From Rhizophagus irregularis (taxonomy: Eukaryota): 64,000 bases of DNA. This document shows, piece by piece, positions 1-14,042 of the stretch (positions within the stretch are counted from its first letter, which is position 1; each line of letters starts with the position of its first letter). A program made the position numbers and the translations under genes. Under the pieces are notes generated by a model. That model saw nothing but the letters and a program-made list of their open reading frames with translations, did no database searches and had not been told where the DNA came from. The DNA lies in NCBI RefSeq assembly GCF_026210795.1, contig NC_089435.1, forward strand, positions 3,658,001 through 3,722,000, given 5' to 3'.

Positions 1-392
1 GCCGAACAAGCGGACACAAACACCATTTTTTTTAATAGATAGATTAATTAAGGAAAAATTTTATACATTGATACAAAAATTTTTATAAATATATTTTAAT
101 ACGAATGATTCTAAACAAAGTCTTATCAAAAAATTTAGGTAAATAAAAGCAGAGATTGCAGTGTCAATGGAATTGTACTATTATGAATAACCTTTAAGAA
201 AATAAAACGTGCAAATACTTACTAGCATGTGTCTATAACTAATTAGAAGGTACTAGATACTGTCCGGAATTTTAAAATTTTGCTCCAGTAGTCTTTATAT
301 TTATTTTATAATTGATCTATAAAACTGAAAAAGAGAAAATTGTTAACCTATGTACACTCAGTTAAGCAAGCATCGAGCATTATCATCTAACG

Positions 393-812
393 ACCAGAAG
401 CCAACAATTAAGGATTAAAGGATAATATCCTCAGCATAGGGGTGTTCGGCGAAATTAATGATAAAAGGCATTCGAAAATAATGGTAAAAAACCCTATTTA
501 ATGCTGTAGGCCTCACCAGACATTATCATGTTTGTGTATTGACCTCAAAGTACTACCCGTGTATCCTATAATCAAAGACAACCAGGCATAAACACAACCA
601 GAAGCCAACAATTATTAGGATTAAAGCACGTGGAGATAATATCCTCAGCATAGGGGTGTTCGGCGAAATTAATGGTAAAAGGCGTTTCGAAAATAATGGT
701 AAACCCTATTTCTCCTCACTAAACGCTGTAGGCCTCACTGGATACTATCATGTTTGTGTATTGACCTCAGAGATACTATCCATGTATCCTATAATTGAAG
801 ACAACCAGACAT
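393..812. repeat. ~205-bp direct tandem duplication
   Basis: ACCAGAAGCCAACAATTA...GATAATATCCTCAGCATAGGGGTGTTCGGCGAAATTAATG...CATGTTTGTGTATTGACCTCA...GACAACCAG occurs at ~393-590 and ~597-812. Confidence 0.85.
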
Positions 813-2382
813 GAACAGATAAAAATAACACGCTCACTTGTGAATTTAAGACCTCAGTTTCTTGTTCCACTTGATTTTCTATTCGGGTGAAAGATCTAAT
901 GAAATTTCATTACTTCTTTTTTTCACCAACTAATGACTACTAATGTTGGCTTGACCAGAAATGCTTAAGTACAAAGTGTACAAAAAGATTAGTGCACTCG
1001 TTAAGCAGGTAACCCTTACAGTCATCCAAAGTCTGACGATAAACATGAAATTACCTACCCTCTCTACCTGGAGATGATTTCGTAAGTTACTGTTACTGCG
1101 CCACACAAGAAAGCAAAGTAGTTGTTTATTCTTGACCGACTTTTGTTGTTCGTATGGGCCGTCCCGTCATCTTTTTTTTGTTAGAAGAGTTTAGAACTCG
1201 GAAACAACATTATTATTAGCTTTTTATTCATATTGGAGACATAGTGATAGGGTTTTAAGTTCATGTCTAAGTCTATAAACATATCATCATGTAAAAAACT
1301 TTGAAGCGTATTGTTAGGTATGTAACGCTTGAAAAATTTTTGATTTCGCAAAAATTTCTAATATATTTCTTTGTTGGTTTGTGTGTTTATTGGTAAGAAA
1401 ATTTTATTGGTAAGAAAAAAAATTTTTGTAAGAAAAAAAAAAAAGGAAATAAGGTCATTTTATATGTTTAATAGCAATAGTATATTTTGTTTACAATGAC
1501 TCATTACAGCACTACAGTTGATGTGATCAATCTATCTATATTTGTCAATAATTAATCATCGCGTCGACACGTCGCGTAACATTTTAAGAGTTTCATGTGC
1601 ACTCTCATATTAAATATATACAATTTATTTAAATTTAAATAGTTATCTTTTATACAGGACAATAGGACATGTAGACATAACTAAAAAAAAAAAATTTATA
1701 TTACGGTCACTTCTGTTGAACAAGTTAATTGTACTAATTACCGAAAATTTCTTCATTAAAAATCAATATCACGAAATGATCCAATTAGAATTCATCAAAT
1801 TGTCGATATCTTCAAAGGTATTATAACGATATTATACAAATCATCTGTTTTAAAACTGTAAATTTTATTTAGCTTTTCTAAGTCTGGTTCTATTTTCCAT
1901 CTGGTGACACAACTAGTGTCGGTAAGAAATTTCTCTGTCTGCCACTCTCTGCCCTGATGTCTCGCAGTATCTGAAGGACGTCTACTCCTAAAAAATACAG
2001 ATGAAAGGGAAAAGCAGTTCGAGGCCGATAATGTGGGCTAGCAACAAAAATATATACGTATCAAGCAAAAAAATTATTCAAAATCATTTCCTTGCCCTGG
2101 CTCTGATTTGAACTACATAATATACAATAAGGAAGGTCAAGATGACTACATTATGATCAAGCTGTTATGACCTGTATGACAGAAAAATTAGAAAAATTGT
2201 GCAAGTAGTAATTGGCTGATCACTTCCGTGTAAGTCACATGACATTTATAAAAAAATTTCACTTTATATTTTAGATAATGTATTTCTCTGTGAAATAAAA
2301 ACAAAATAAAAAATATAATTTATATTATGTACCTTGCATTATTATAGTAAGTAGATAAATATAATAAATATATGATTTTAAA

Positions 2383-5211
2383 TTACCAACTTAACCAATT
2401 TGTCCATACCAAAACTAAAATATAATTATTTGTATTTGGATTTTGAGATATTCCATATATATCATTATTTGCTCCATCCCATGATTTTGTTAAATATTTT
2501 TTAGCCTAAATATAAAGCAAAGTGAGAAATATATTAATATTATTAATAGTATTAAGGATATTTATAAAAATGTCATACCTCATTTATTAGAGAGTCAACA
2601 GAATTTTGTGAATTATGTAAATAATTTAAAGCGACTGTTTTAGTTGAATCTCTTGTATATTTATAATTATTTTTTCTTAAAATAAATGGACCATTCTCCC
2701 ATATTGCTGAATATACTGTTATAGAACCATTTTTTTTTATTTCATTAATTTCATAAAGTTGATTGTATGGTATCCATTCAAATACAATTTCATCAAAGTT
2801 ACTTATTTTTAATTGTATTTCTTGAATGAAATCATCAATTTTTTTATTTCCACTCATCGATGTAAAATTCCTTTGAACCAAAATATAGTCAGATGTATCA
2901 GGATTTTGAGATATTCCATATATTCTAAGAACTGATATGCCAAATATACTTGTCAAAAGCTTTCTAACCTGAATTATTAATGGAAAGATAGATAAATTGA
3001 GTTAGAAAAAAAAAAAATTAAAATATTTGTAGAAATGACTTACTTCATTTGTTAGAATTTCAATGTAATTTTGTGAGTTATGTAAATATTTTAAAAAAAC
3101 ATTTATATTTGCTCTACTTTTATACATGCCATAATAATCATCAACTACTATTGGACCATCCTTATATATTGCTGAATATATTGATATAGGGCCATCTTTG
3201 CTTATTTCTTTAATTTTATTAAACTGATTATATGGTATCCATTCAAATACTAAATCTTCTTCTTCAATGACTTTTAATTCCATTTCCTGGATGAAGTCAT
3301 CAATTTTTTCATTTCCGCTTGTCCATTCCATAACTAAGATATAATTATTTGTATATGGATTATGAGATATTCCGTATATATTACACATTGTTTTGTCAAG
3401 CATTTTTGTATAATATTTTTTAGCCTAAATATAAGACAAAGAGATAAATATACTATTAAAAGTATTAAGAATATTTAAAAATGTTATACCTCATTTATTA
3501 GAAAGTCAATAGAATTTTGTGAATTATGTAAATATTTCAAAGCAACTTTTTTATAGAAAGTATTTGTATATCCAGAATTATAATTATTGTAATAAATTGG
3601 ACCATCATTCCATCTCGCTGAATATACTGTTATAGGGCCATTTTTGCCTGTTCTTCTAGTTTCTCTAAACTGACAGTATGGTATCCATTCAAACACCACA
3701 TCATTTTTGTTATTGATTTTTAATTGCATTTCCTGAACAAAATCATCAATTTTTTCATTTCCACTTGCCCATGCCAGAACTAAAATATAATCATTTGTTT
3801 CTTGATTTTGAGATATTCCATATATATCACAAATTACTCTGTCAAGTATTTGTGTTGAATATTTTTTAGCCTAAATATAAGCAAAAGAGATAAATATATT
3901 ATATTAAAAGTATTAAGAAAATTTATAGATATGTCATACCTCATTTATTAGAAAGTCAATAGAATTTTGTGAGTTATGTAAATATTTTAAAGCGACTACT
4001 TTATTCGGATATCTCACATATTGTTTATTGTAAATATTGCAACATAATGGACCATCCTTCCATATTGCTGAATATATTGTTATAGAACCATTTTTGCCTA
4101 TTTCTTTAATTTTACCAAGTTGATTGAATGGTATCCATTCAAATGCAACATTACAATAATTATTCATTTTTAATTGCATTTTTTGAATGAAATCATCAAT
4201 TTTTTCATTTCCACTGTTCCAATTTGCTAAGTTTATGGAATTACTTTGAACTAAAATATAATCATTTGTATCTGGATTTTGAGATATTCCATACAGTGCA
4301 AGACATGTCTTATAATTTATTGAATACTTTTTGGTCTAGATATAAATAATAAAATAATAAGTATACTAAATTAAAAAAAAAGTATTTAAATATTTCAATG
4401 TTTTACCTCATTTATTAGAAAATCAATGGAATCTTGTGAGTTTTGGAAGCATTTTAAAGCAACATTTTTACTTGAATCTCTTTTATAATCATTCCAATAC
4501 TTCTTGTATAATGGACCATCCTTCCTTATTGCTGAATATATTATTATAGAACCATTTTTGTCTATCTCTTTAACTTCATCAAGTTGATTGTATGGTATCC
4601 ATTCAAATACAATATCATAAATATTATTTACTTTTAATTGCATTTCTTGAATGAAATCATCAATTTTTTCATTTCCACTGTTCCAATTTGCTAAGTTTAT
4701 GGAATTATCTTGAACTAAAATATAATCATTTGTATCTGGATTTTGAGATATTCCATATAATACAAGAAAATTATCATATTTTGTTGAATATTTTTTAGTC
4801 TAAATATAAACAAAGAAATAGTAAATATACTAAATTGAAAAAAAAGTATTTAAATACTTCAATATTTACCTCATTTACTAGAAAATTAATGGAATCCTGT
4901 GAGGTATGTAAGTATTTTAAGGCAACTTTTTTATTTGAACTCCTTACATATCTACGATACCAATATATTGGACCATCCTTCCATATTGCTGAATGAACTG
5001 TTGTAAGACCATTTTTGCTTGTTTCTTGAATTTTGTAAAACTGACTATATGGTATCCATTCAAATACTACATCATCTCTGTTAATGAATTTTAATTGCAT
5101 TTCTTGGATGAAGTTATCAATTTTTTCATTTTTACTGGCCCAACATATAAGATTTGTTTCTAAATATTCCAGAATGTTAGATATCTCTAAAGGATTTTCT
5201 TGGGGAAACAT
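2383..5211 (-). CDS. 7-exon protein (~800 aa) of six tandem protein-kinase N-lobe-like modules; no catalytic C-lobe
   Basis: Exons 5211-4870, 4799-4407, 4335-3940, 3870-3490, 3424-3044, 2968-2579, 2505-2383. All lengths are multiples of 3, with GT-AG introns after '..NE'. Each module reads YGISQNPxTxDYILV..SGNEKIDDFIQEMQLK..FEWIPYxQ..YSAxWKDGP..VALKYLHNSQ..FLINE. No HRD or DFG motif. Confidence 0.8.
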
Positions 5212-6818
5212 TATATAAAGGCTCAAAAAAATTTTATTAATAATAAACTATTTTATGTAACTAGAATTCCAAAAAGAAAGTTTATATAACACAACTTAAA
5301 TAAGCTTATGTAAGTATTACATAAGCTTAGTAATATTTTCAAAATGGATGAAATTGATGTCAATCATGTGATGGAAGAAATACATTGCTTATGTAATAAT
5401 TATATATTTTGTTCATCATGTCTTGATCGCTAAAAATTAAGCACAATCATGCATAAAAACAGACATTTTGTGAAACCTTTTAATAGCCTTTCGTTACAAC
5501 CTGGAATAACAATATAACCTATGAAGTATTGTTTCCGACATATTTTTTTGTTTAATCAACCTCTTACGTTAGTGAAATAATAGATAAAATAACAATAATT
5601 TTCTTTAGTTACAAAAAATAATGAGAGTTATTAGCTTTAATTTTTTTTACTTTAAAAAAATTGAAGCATAAAGTAATTATTCATCTATTTTGTTTCAAGT
5701 ATTATAAAAATTTTTTAGAATTGCAATAAAATAATAATAATAGGCTGAAGGTATATGACTTTATGTAATCAAGTTACCTATACAAGCTTTACATTTATGT
5801 AACGATATATATAATAATATAATAATATAGTGATAATCTTCCTTTTTACGAAAATAAAGTCTGTGCAGTTGCACATTTTCTATCTTATGCTTTCTGATAT
5901 GCACTATCTTTATTATTGTATCTGCTTATTTAAATTTTCCTTTTGATTATAACTTGGATTGCAATACATATTCTTGTAAATAATGACTCTCTAGTGGGAA
6001 AATGGTGTCTATTACGATTTATCACAACATAGTATTCTTTTAATATTCAATGAAAATTTCATAAGAGCAACCTCTTGCTCTAAAGGCGCAAGTAACAAGA
6101 AGCAGAGTATAGTGTTTTTATAATCATCTAAGCACTTCGCAAGGCTATACCAAAAGACACCCCATTTATCAAAGTTTGATGCCAAACCCTTGCAAGCCCA
6201 TCAACTACAACTGGTGAAAATTTGTTATACGAAAAAATATTGTGACTTGCAAAATACATTTTTATAGTTTAATTTCATGATTTTTAGCATGCTACTCAAT
6301 TTTACTCGTGAATTTATCAATTTCTATCCTGGCATATTTTCACGTGATATTAGTAAAAAATATTTATCACGCATTGCCACACCCTCTACTTTAAGTATTC
6401 TGGGGATTATTATCGTGATGGAAGATACGAAAGAAAAGTTTCACCCATGAGCCCAAGGTATATGCTTAAGAAATACTCAAGGATCATGTGAACCGTCATC
6501 TGAAATGCGCAGTATGATAATTCCTGAGCCAATTTTTAGCCACTTTCTGGAAATGAGTATACAAGGCCAGCCGTCATCTGACGCACTTCAACTGTCAGCA
6601 GGCATAAATCGACAGTTGACGCACGACATATGTAACATCTAATGATTGCATCACATGATATAAATTTATACTGATCAACAAAAATTTTCGTTACACAATA
6701 ATGCAGATGCAGTATTCATCCGAAAAACCCCGACTTTCATTACACAATAGGTCAGCAGATCAGTTGATTAAGTTCATAAATAGGCAAAAAAATTTTTTTT
6801 TTTTTTTGAAATAATAAA

Positions 6819-8291
6819 ATGGCGTGTCAACTTCCAGCTGATTGTTTAAATGATATTTTTGAATATTTAGAGGAAGATAAATTCGCTCTACATTCATGTC
6901 TATTAGTTAATCATCTTTGGTGTGAAATTTCTGTTAGAATTTTGTGGAGGAATATTTGGGATTTTAATCGTCAACAATGTTCATTAAAGGTGGCATCATC
7001 AATTCTTAGTACATTAATTGCTTGTCTTCCCAATGAGTCAAAAAGGCTCCTATATGATAATGATATTTTCATTTCAACTCCTACTTCAAAACCATTATTG
7101 TTTAATTATGCAGCATTTTGCAAAGTCATTTCAATTTATGAGTTTAATAGGATGATTGATAGTGTTTTCAAAGATGAACAATCTACTAATTTAAATGATA
7201 TAAATAATTTAGTTACAAATCAAATTATCAAAATGTTTGCAAACCAAATTTCTTCTTTGAAAAAATTGACCTATCACCATAATCATTATTATTACCTTAA
7301 TATTTCTTTTCCATATTTTCCTGGTGCGAGAGATCTTTCAGAATTATGTTGTAGTTCAAAACTTCCTTCTAATTTTTTTTACCAATTGTCTCAAATATGC
7401 CATAATTTACAATCAATTTCTATATCATTTGATGATGATGTTTCAAATGAATTAAAAGAATTAATTTCTTCACAGAATAATTTAAAAAAATTATCTTTAT
7501 CAGCTTTTGAGATAAGTTGGGCAAATATTATACCTGCTCTAACAAAACATTCTCATACAATAACAAAATTACAACTTTATGGTGGTAATGAAGAATTACC
7601 ACTTTCATTTCTCAGTTTATTCTTAAATTTACAAGAATTTATATTTTCATTCTTTCATGGAACAGAATTTGAAGATTTTAGAATGTTACAATATCCAAAA
7701 TTACAAGTTTTAAAAATTCCTTATCAATGTCCAAGACCTCAGTATATGATGAAATTTTTAGAAAATAATGGAAAAAACCTTAAAAAGTTTTATACAGATG
7801 AAAATAACAAAGATTTAAGTTTATCTATTGCTAAATTTTGTCCAAACCTTAAAAGTCTTTTCGTAATACTTAATAACGGTGAAATTGATATATTAAAAAC
7901 TATATTTATTAGTTGTCAATACTTAGAAAGTATTAAAATTTGGTGTGATAAAGGTAATTTTGGTGAATTTTTATCTGAAAAGGAGGTATTAGAAACTGTT
8001 GCAAAATATTCACCAAATAATTTTTGTGAATTAAAAATATACAATTGTTCAAATTCAGATGTATTTCCAGGTGATTTGGAATCATTTTTTATAAGCTGGG
8101 GAGAAAGAACACCAAAAAAATTGCTTTCATTAATAATTCTTGTGGATGATGCAGATTATTATTATGATTATATTAGTTCGGAAACTTTAGAAATAATAGG
8201 AAAATATGAAGATTTAGGTACTATTAAATTTTTGACTAAAAGTAATATTAATGAAGAAAAAGAGGAAGAAGATAACTATTATTATCATTAA
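6819..8291 (+). CDS. F-box protein with C-terminal LRR/RNI-like region
   Basis: Intact single-exon 490-aa ORF. N-terminal LPADCLNDIFEYL..LHSCLLVNHLWCEISVRILW is F-box-like, followed by LxxLxL repeats (CHNLQSISI, CPNLKSL). Confidence 0.85.
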   Translation: MACQLPADCLNDIFEYLEEDKFALHSCLLVNHLWCEISVRILWRNIWDFNRQQCSLKVASSILSTLIACLPNESKRLLYDNDIFISTPTSKPLLFNYAAFCKVISIYEFNRMIDSVFKDEQSTNLNDINNLVTNQIIKMFANQISSLKKLTYHHNHYYYLNISFPYFPGARDLSELCCSSKLPSNFFYQLSQICHNLQSISISFDDDVSNELKELISSQNNLKKLSLSAFEISWANIIPALTKHSHTITKLQLYGGNEELPLSFLSLFLNLQEFIFSFFHGTEFEDFRMLQYPKLQVLKIPYQCPRPQYMMKFLENNGKNLKKFYTDENNKDLSLSIAKFCPNLKSLFVILNNGEIDILKTIFISCQYLESIKIWCDKGNFGEFLSEKEVLETVAKYSPNNFCELKIYNCSNSDVFPGDLESFFISWGERTPKKLLSLIILVDDADYYYDYISSETLEIIGKYEDLGTIKFLTKSNINEEKEEEDNYYYH

Positions 8292-9671
8292 TTAAGACTT
8301 TAATAATAATTATATTTATTATTATTTTAGATGATGGAGATTTGAATAAGAAAATCTTAAAATCTTGAAATTAATGTTTTTTTTTATTATAAAACTAGGC
8401 GTAACCGTCATGCTGCGCCGGGGATGAGAGTAATAAACACACTTATATTTTATTGTGAATAGGTCTAGTTTTTTACTATTATTATGATGGTATTAGTAGG
8501 AAATAAATATAATAAATTACACAATTTATATGATTATACAAATAATAATGGATTGTGTGCAAGTGTTATACAGTGTATGAAATATTATTATTAAATGCAA
8601 ATTTTTTTTAACACGAAACAAATGTTGCAGTACTGTGAAATTTATGATTTATTTACTATACATTTACAAAGATAATTTTGTATAAGTAGTTTATTGTTAT
8701 ATTGTTACAAAAAAATTTTTTTTTTTTTATCTTAAAAAAATTTCATTGTAGCATTAAAAAAATCACATCTGCTGCTGAAAAAAATACATATATATTGTTA
8801 TTATATCTCAAAGAAATTAAAATTATATTGATTATTCTATATACTAAAAAAATCTCAATTCTACAACAGCCCCAGTTGTATTTCTTTTTTTATATTTGTT
8901 AATTCTAATGCCTGAAGTTTTACTTCCCTTTCTTTGATTGAAATTCACGTTCTTTGAATGTAAGAATTTTTTCTTTTTTTGCCAAATCATCTTCATATTC
9001 TTCACCCGTATCATTATGTTTTCATTTATTTTTTGGATAGATTCTAGAATTTCTGGACTTTCACATATTACATTGGGCAACTTTGGTATGTTCCTTATTA
9101 ATTTTTTAAAAAAAATGATGGTTAATATCAATTAAGTATAAGTAACTTAATGAAGGAAGTTAAAGTTCTGTTTGAAGTAAGGCAAGTAATCAGAATCAGA
9201 CATAGGTGTTATTGTATGTTAAATGATATAAACACTGATTATTTATTAACATGACGCATTTATGAAAAAATGGAATCCTCTTTTTATTTTATATAATTAC
9301 TATGTAGACTTTTTTTTTTCTTTTCCTTTTTTAAAATCTGAAAAGGCAGTATTTATATTATTTTTCTATGAATCTTTATAATCACTCATATCAAATTTCT
9401 TACATCAAATATTAGATAATCATGATGTTTTATACATGTGTAAAAAAAGAGATGATATCATTACAGACCAAACGCCAATTTAATTCTTTTATTGATGTAA
9501 TCACTCATATCAATGTTTCTCTATTTTCTATGATTGCATGATAATACAACTAAATAAGTAATTTATACCTGCGAATTTTTTTTTACTGATATTTTCAGTG
9601 AATTGTAATTGAAGTCAATAAAGTCAACTCAGACCAATGGCCAATAAATGATCAAATGATGGAGTTTCAAA

Positions 9672-9795
9672 TAAATACGTTCCAAAGCTCAAGGTCATCA
9701 GCTTCTACAGTCTATACCATAGAAAGTTTATTTTCTTATCGCTTCTATAGTATCTTTGAGGCTCCCTACCAGCTCTTCCTGTCAATATGAATATC
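9672..9795 (-). pseudogene. Crinkler (CRN) N-terminal domain relic
   Basis: Frameshifted translation IHID / EELVGSLKDTIEAIRK*TFYG / VEADDLELWNVFI resembles the CRN N-terminal pattern (V.ID...V..LK..I.....F..V.A..L.LW.V). Confidence 0.5.
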
Positions 9796-10019
9796 CCATC
9801 AGTTAATCCTTTGGCGTCCTTAGCCGCTTCTAGTTTAGCTTGAGCTTGATTTATAAGACGATCATATAATTCCAGCCAGAATTACAATCCTGGTGCGAAG
9901 CAACAGTGCAGTTATTAATTAGTAATTTAGCAACAAATACAGAGGTTACGTTAAGTTCGTTAACGCATATAGAAGATGAGAGCGATTTTACATTGTATGA
10001 TTACAGCTTTGATTTTAGT

Positions 10020-10650
10020 AAGGTAATAGTGTTATAGTAATATTGACGGAAAAATCTATCATAGAATTTTTTAACAAGTCTAGTAATAGAAAACGTATTG
10101 ATAATAAGTATTACACGAAATTATTATTTATTGAATATTGGTTAGAGAGAGTAATGAATATAATCAGGAAAACGTTAATTGAAATTGAAATTGACAAATA
10201 ACAAGATGATCTCTCAAATGAGATGAGAAGGATAAATGTGAGTTTTATGCAATTTTTACATGAAAATTCAAGAATTTTAAACGGGAAAACTAAAGTATGG
10301 GAATTAATTCGTGGGATTTTAATACGAATTTGTACAAATCACCTGTTAAATAGGATAGTTATTGAAATAGAAAAAGAGAATAATATAAAAAACAGAGATA
10401 AGAGGAAACAAAATGACAGTAGTGAAGGAAGTATAGATATAGACAACGATAAAATAGAAAAAGGATAAAAATTATAATAATTACAAAAGAAAAATTAATA
10501 GTAAAATAATAAAAAAAATCAGTAATGCTCGATAAAATGATGAATATAATAGTATATGTATATGTATTTCTTTTATTTAATTATATAATATATATTGTAT
10601 ATACTGTATAAATTTTAATTAATTAAGAGATGCGCTACTAATAAAAAATA
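10020..10650 (+). mobile_element. possible decayed 3' end of a non-LTR retrotransposon
   Basis: A-rich broken reading frame (..IVIEIEKENNIKNRDKRK..) ending in AATAAAAAA. No RT motifs visible. Confidence 0.25.
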
Positions 10651-11926
10651 TATATATATATGATATGAGAAAAGAATTATTTGTAACAATTACCAGACAT
10701 TTGCCATTTAGAACTTCTGTATAAATAGCTAAATTATAAGAAATTTCTATAACAAACAATTTGAAAATCGAGTACAACTACATAAAAGTTTCGATCCCAA
10801 ATTTTTCTCGCTAGTCATCTCGCTCTTCGTGCCAACATTCACGTGACTTTTTAATGATAATTATTCTACATATCAGATATAATTGAATAAAAATTTTAAT
10901 TTCTTTGTAAATAGCGGGCGAGATGACTCTCTGGTTCGCCGGGAGAGGTTAGGTGGTACCTTATATATTTAGTACAGTCTTTTTCTTTGGATAGAATTAG
11001 CATCTATTTTTTTTGTATACCCTTCAGTTCTACGTCCATATACGAAAACAGGACCAGGAAAAAAATACCAAAAAGAATTCCTGATTACGAAAATGATGAC
11101 TAATAACTCTGGAGCATAAATTTACTACGGAAAATCAGTGATCTATGTCTAAGTTCTAACCCTCGTATTTAATCATTTTAAGTATAAGATCATAAAAGGA
11201 ACTTTTTTTTTATTACAAAAAATATATTTTTGTTTAACCTACAAATAAGTGGTTATATGGTAAAATATAACTATAAATATATACATTAAAACATACAGTG
11301 GTATATAGATAATAGGTTAATAGGAATAAGATTTGTTATATGTTAAAGCTAATAACCAAAAATCTTACAACATACAAATCCTTACTGCAAAGTAAAAGCT
11401 AAATAATGGAAATGTAATCTAAAAATAAATAATAAAATAGGTTAGAAGACTCGAGTACTCTAAGTAAGCTTTGTAGAAAAGACAGATTCAAGCCCCCATG
11501 CCTACTATTAACTGACATTAACGATATATCGTGAGTGATCAAACTCGTGCAGAGGTACTGTCACATTAATAATAAGACATGAGACCCACCACCAAAGGGA
11601 AGGGCCCCACATACAGAAGTCTGCGACATAGCTTGAGAATATTATTTTCTCATTTAAGGTAACCAGACTACTAGAAGAGGAGGATAACCGAAGCACTCTA
11701 GGTGCACAAATCCCTTATACATCCCAGCTTAGTCATTTCCACTTACCAGAATAATAAATATTCAAGTTTGATGTTCATTTTGAACTTTTCTCTTCAAGAC
11801 TTTGACCTAAAGGTTGCTTAGGAGTAAGGCTCATATTTTTTTTGATAATATTTGTTTCTAAATAGGGAGTTAATATCTTGACTAGGAGCTGAAAGACTTA
11901 AAATGTTTTTATGTTTGTACGTTATA

Positions 11927-12105
11927 GTAAATATCTAAAGTTTAAGAAAAAGAAGGAATGTTTATAATAAAAAAAAAAATTTACGCGTTATAATAAATAT
12001 CTAAAGAAAAAGAAAAAATGGTTATAATAAAAAAAAATTTTAAGAAAAGAAGGAATGTTTATAATAAAAAAAAATTTTACGCGTTATAAATTTTTACGCG
12101 TTATA
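11927..12105. repeat. short local tandem repeat, also present at 15945-16025
   Basis: ATCTAAAGTTTAAGAAAAAGAAGGAAyGTTTATAATAAAAAAA..TTTACGCGTTATAATAAATAT occurs ~2.5 times here and once downstream of the AIG1 gene. Confidence 0.75.
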
Positions 12106-14042
12106 CAAATTCCTGTGTAACGGTAACGTTTAGATTGACCTGTATAAATGAAAATGAATTGTGTAATGGGATGGGGGAACCTACTTTCATTTTCACTGCT
12201 AATACAAGTTCCGGTTAAAAATTTATTTTTTGCTAATTAACGGAAAATTTGTCTTATTAATCATATTTTATTTTCAATAAAATGAGTTTTTTTTCAGTTC
12301 ATATAAACCAGGAAATTTTTTATTTTTTTTTAAAAAAAAATATACGTTCGTACAGACAATTTTTTTCTAAAATTTAAAATTTCTTTTTCTTTGATTTTCA
12401 AACAAAAAATATCGACCTTGATTGGTTTCTTAAACCAAATATTTTTAATTTTTCCTTTTTTAATAAGCTGAAAATTTTTTTTTATTATTCTCTTTTTTAT
12501 TCACTTATTAATTATAACTTTTTCAAACTTTTATTCTCAAGATAATTAATAATACTTAAAAAGATGCACACAGTAAATTATATTTAATAAAACATCTAAT
12601 TTGTTAAGTACGAAAAAGTTCCCGAGCATGTAATAATTTTTTTTTTTTAGCAAGTGTAATGGAAGATAAGATATAAGTTTAGGAACTTCTTACATATTCA
12701 GTATATTATAGTACGAAAGGTTCAAATTTTGCAGTCTACTAAAATATTAATTTCATGTGAGGAAAAGAATTTTATTTAATTCGGCAATATTTTGCTCCTT
12801 AAAATTTATGAAAAAAATGATTGAACTTGTATAAAATCATTCAAGTCGTCATATGCTACTGCCAAAATCTGATGGTACCTTCATTATTGATGCAAATGAA
12901 ATTTGGAAGGAATATTTGCCATATCAAAACAACAATGATCATTGAATCGCATTGGTGACATGTATTGGGAATAATAAATTCTATAATTGAAATAAAAAAT
13001 ATTTAAAACATTTACATTCTTTTATATTTAAAATTGGTATCATAATTATAAATAATTTATTATAAATTAATTTTATTGTCTTTTTATTTGCGATTTTACA
13101 GCGTCCGTAGTCACGTGTGACCCTGCAAATCTTATTTATTTTATTTTATTTTATGTGAAGTTGGCAAAGAACATATTCGATTAAAAAAAGAACGTTCAAC
13201 TTAGAACCTGTCATCCATCAGGGCCGAAGCCCAGCCAGACCCTTACTTCTAATTATATAAATCCCAGACCTATCCCATATCACGACCATAGTTATATGGA
13301 CAAACCAAAAAGTGTGACCCTGCAAAATCAATCCGGCTACCATTTTTTCCGGCTTTAGACGTAATGTCACTCGTCGTTTACGATTATCATACCACCGAGC
13401 GAAGTACACGTGGTCATATGATTTAGGTAACTATATGTAATCCTTGAAGCAGTTTCCGACTGATGAATAAGCCAGGCATTTAATTATATCTAATAATCGT
13501 TGAAATAATTAACCTATATACCTGTTTCTAAAATAAACGTTATTTTGTAAAAAGAGATGTGCCGATTACATAAATTTTTGTACTACGTATATGTGCAGTT
13601 CTATATTGGGCAACCGTGACCCAACCCATGGGGCACAGTCGCAAAAGCAATCGGACTTGACCCTTCTCTTATTGTAACATATATAAGAGTTGGGTTAAGT
13701 CAGCACCGCGTGGGTGTTCGCAAAAGTGTTGATCTTGATATAGTCTTCTTGATAGACCTATATGGTGGGCACCATATAAACCGATATTTTTGCGTCACAG
13801 TCTCGAGGTTGAGAATTTGTATAACCATTTTGGTATAGTCTCGGATTGACGGATAAATAATTATTCCGACCTATTCACGTTATTTCCGCAGTACGATATA
13901 CACTATTATTTCTCCCACCGATAATTGCGACCATGGGAATATTTGATAAAAGAGTAACACAAGTTAAAGAAGTAGAACAAAAAGGGAAATGAGTACATAT
14001 GTGGGCTGGGATTTGTTTTGCAACAAGCAATAGATCATAATA

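Noticed and set aside
1..50. Helentron-like 3' end (TTTTAATAGATAGAT)
   Set aside because: Truncated by the window edge; cannot be verified.
8391..8471. AAAACTAG...CTAGTTTT mini inverted repeat
   Set aside because: An 8-bp match in AT-rich DNA could arise by chance.
8844..9131. Broken coding-like fragment (..KEREVKLQALELTNIKKEIQLGLL*)
   Set aside because: Looks like a gene relic, but I cannot assign a family or boundaries.
11200..11890. Possible minus-strand retroelement 3' tail
   Set aside because: A poly-T start is suggestive, but no recognisable protein motif is present.
12780..12980. Fragment LLPKSDGTFIIDANEIW, perhaps transposase-derived
   Set aside because: Too short and degraded to support a call.
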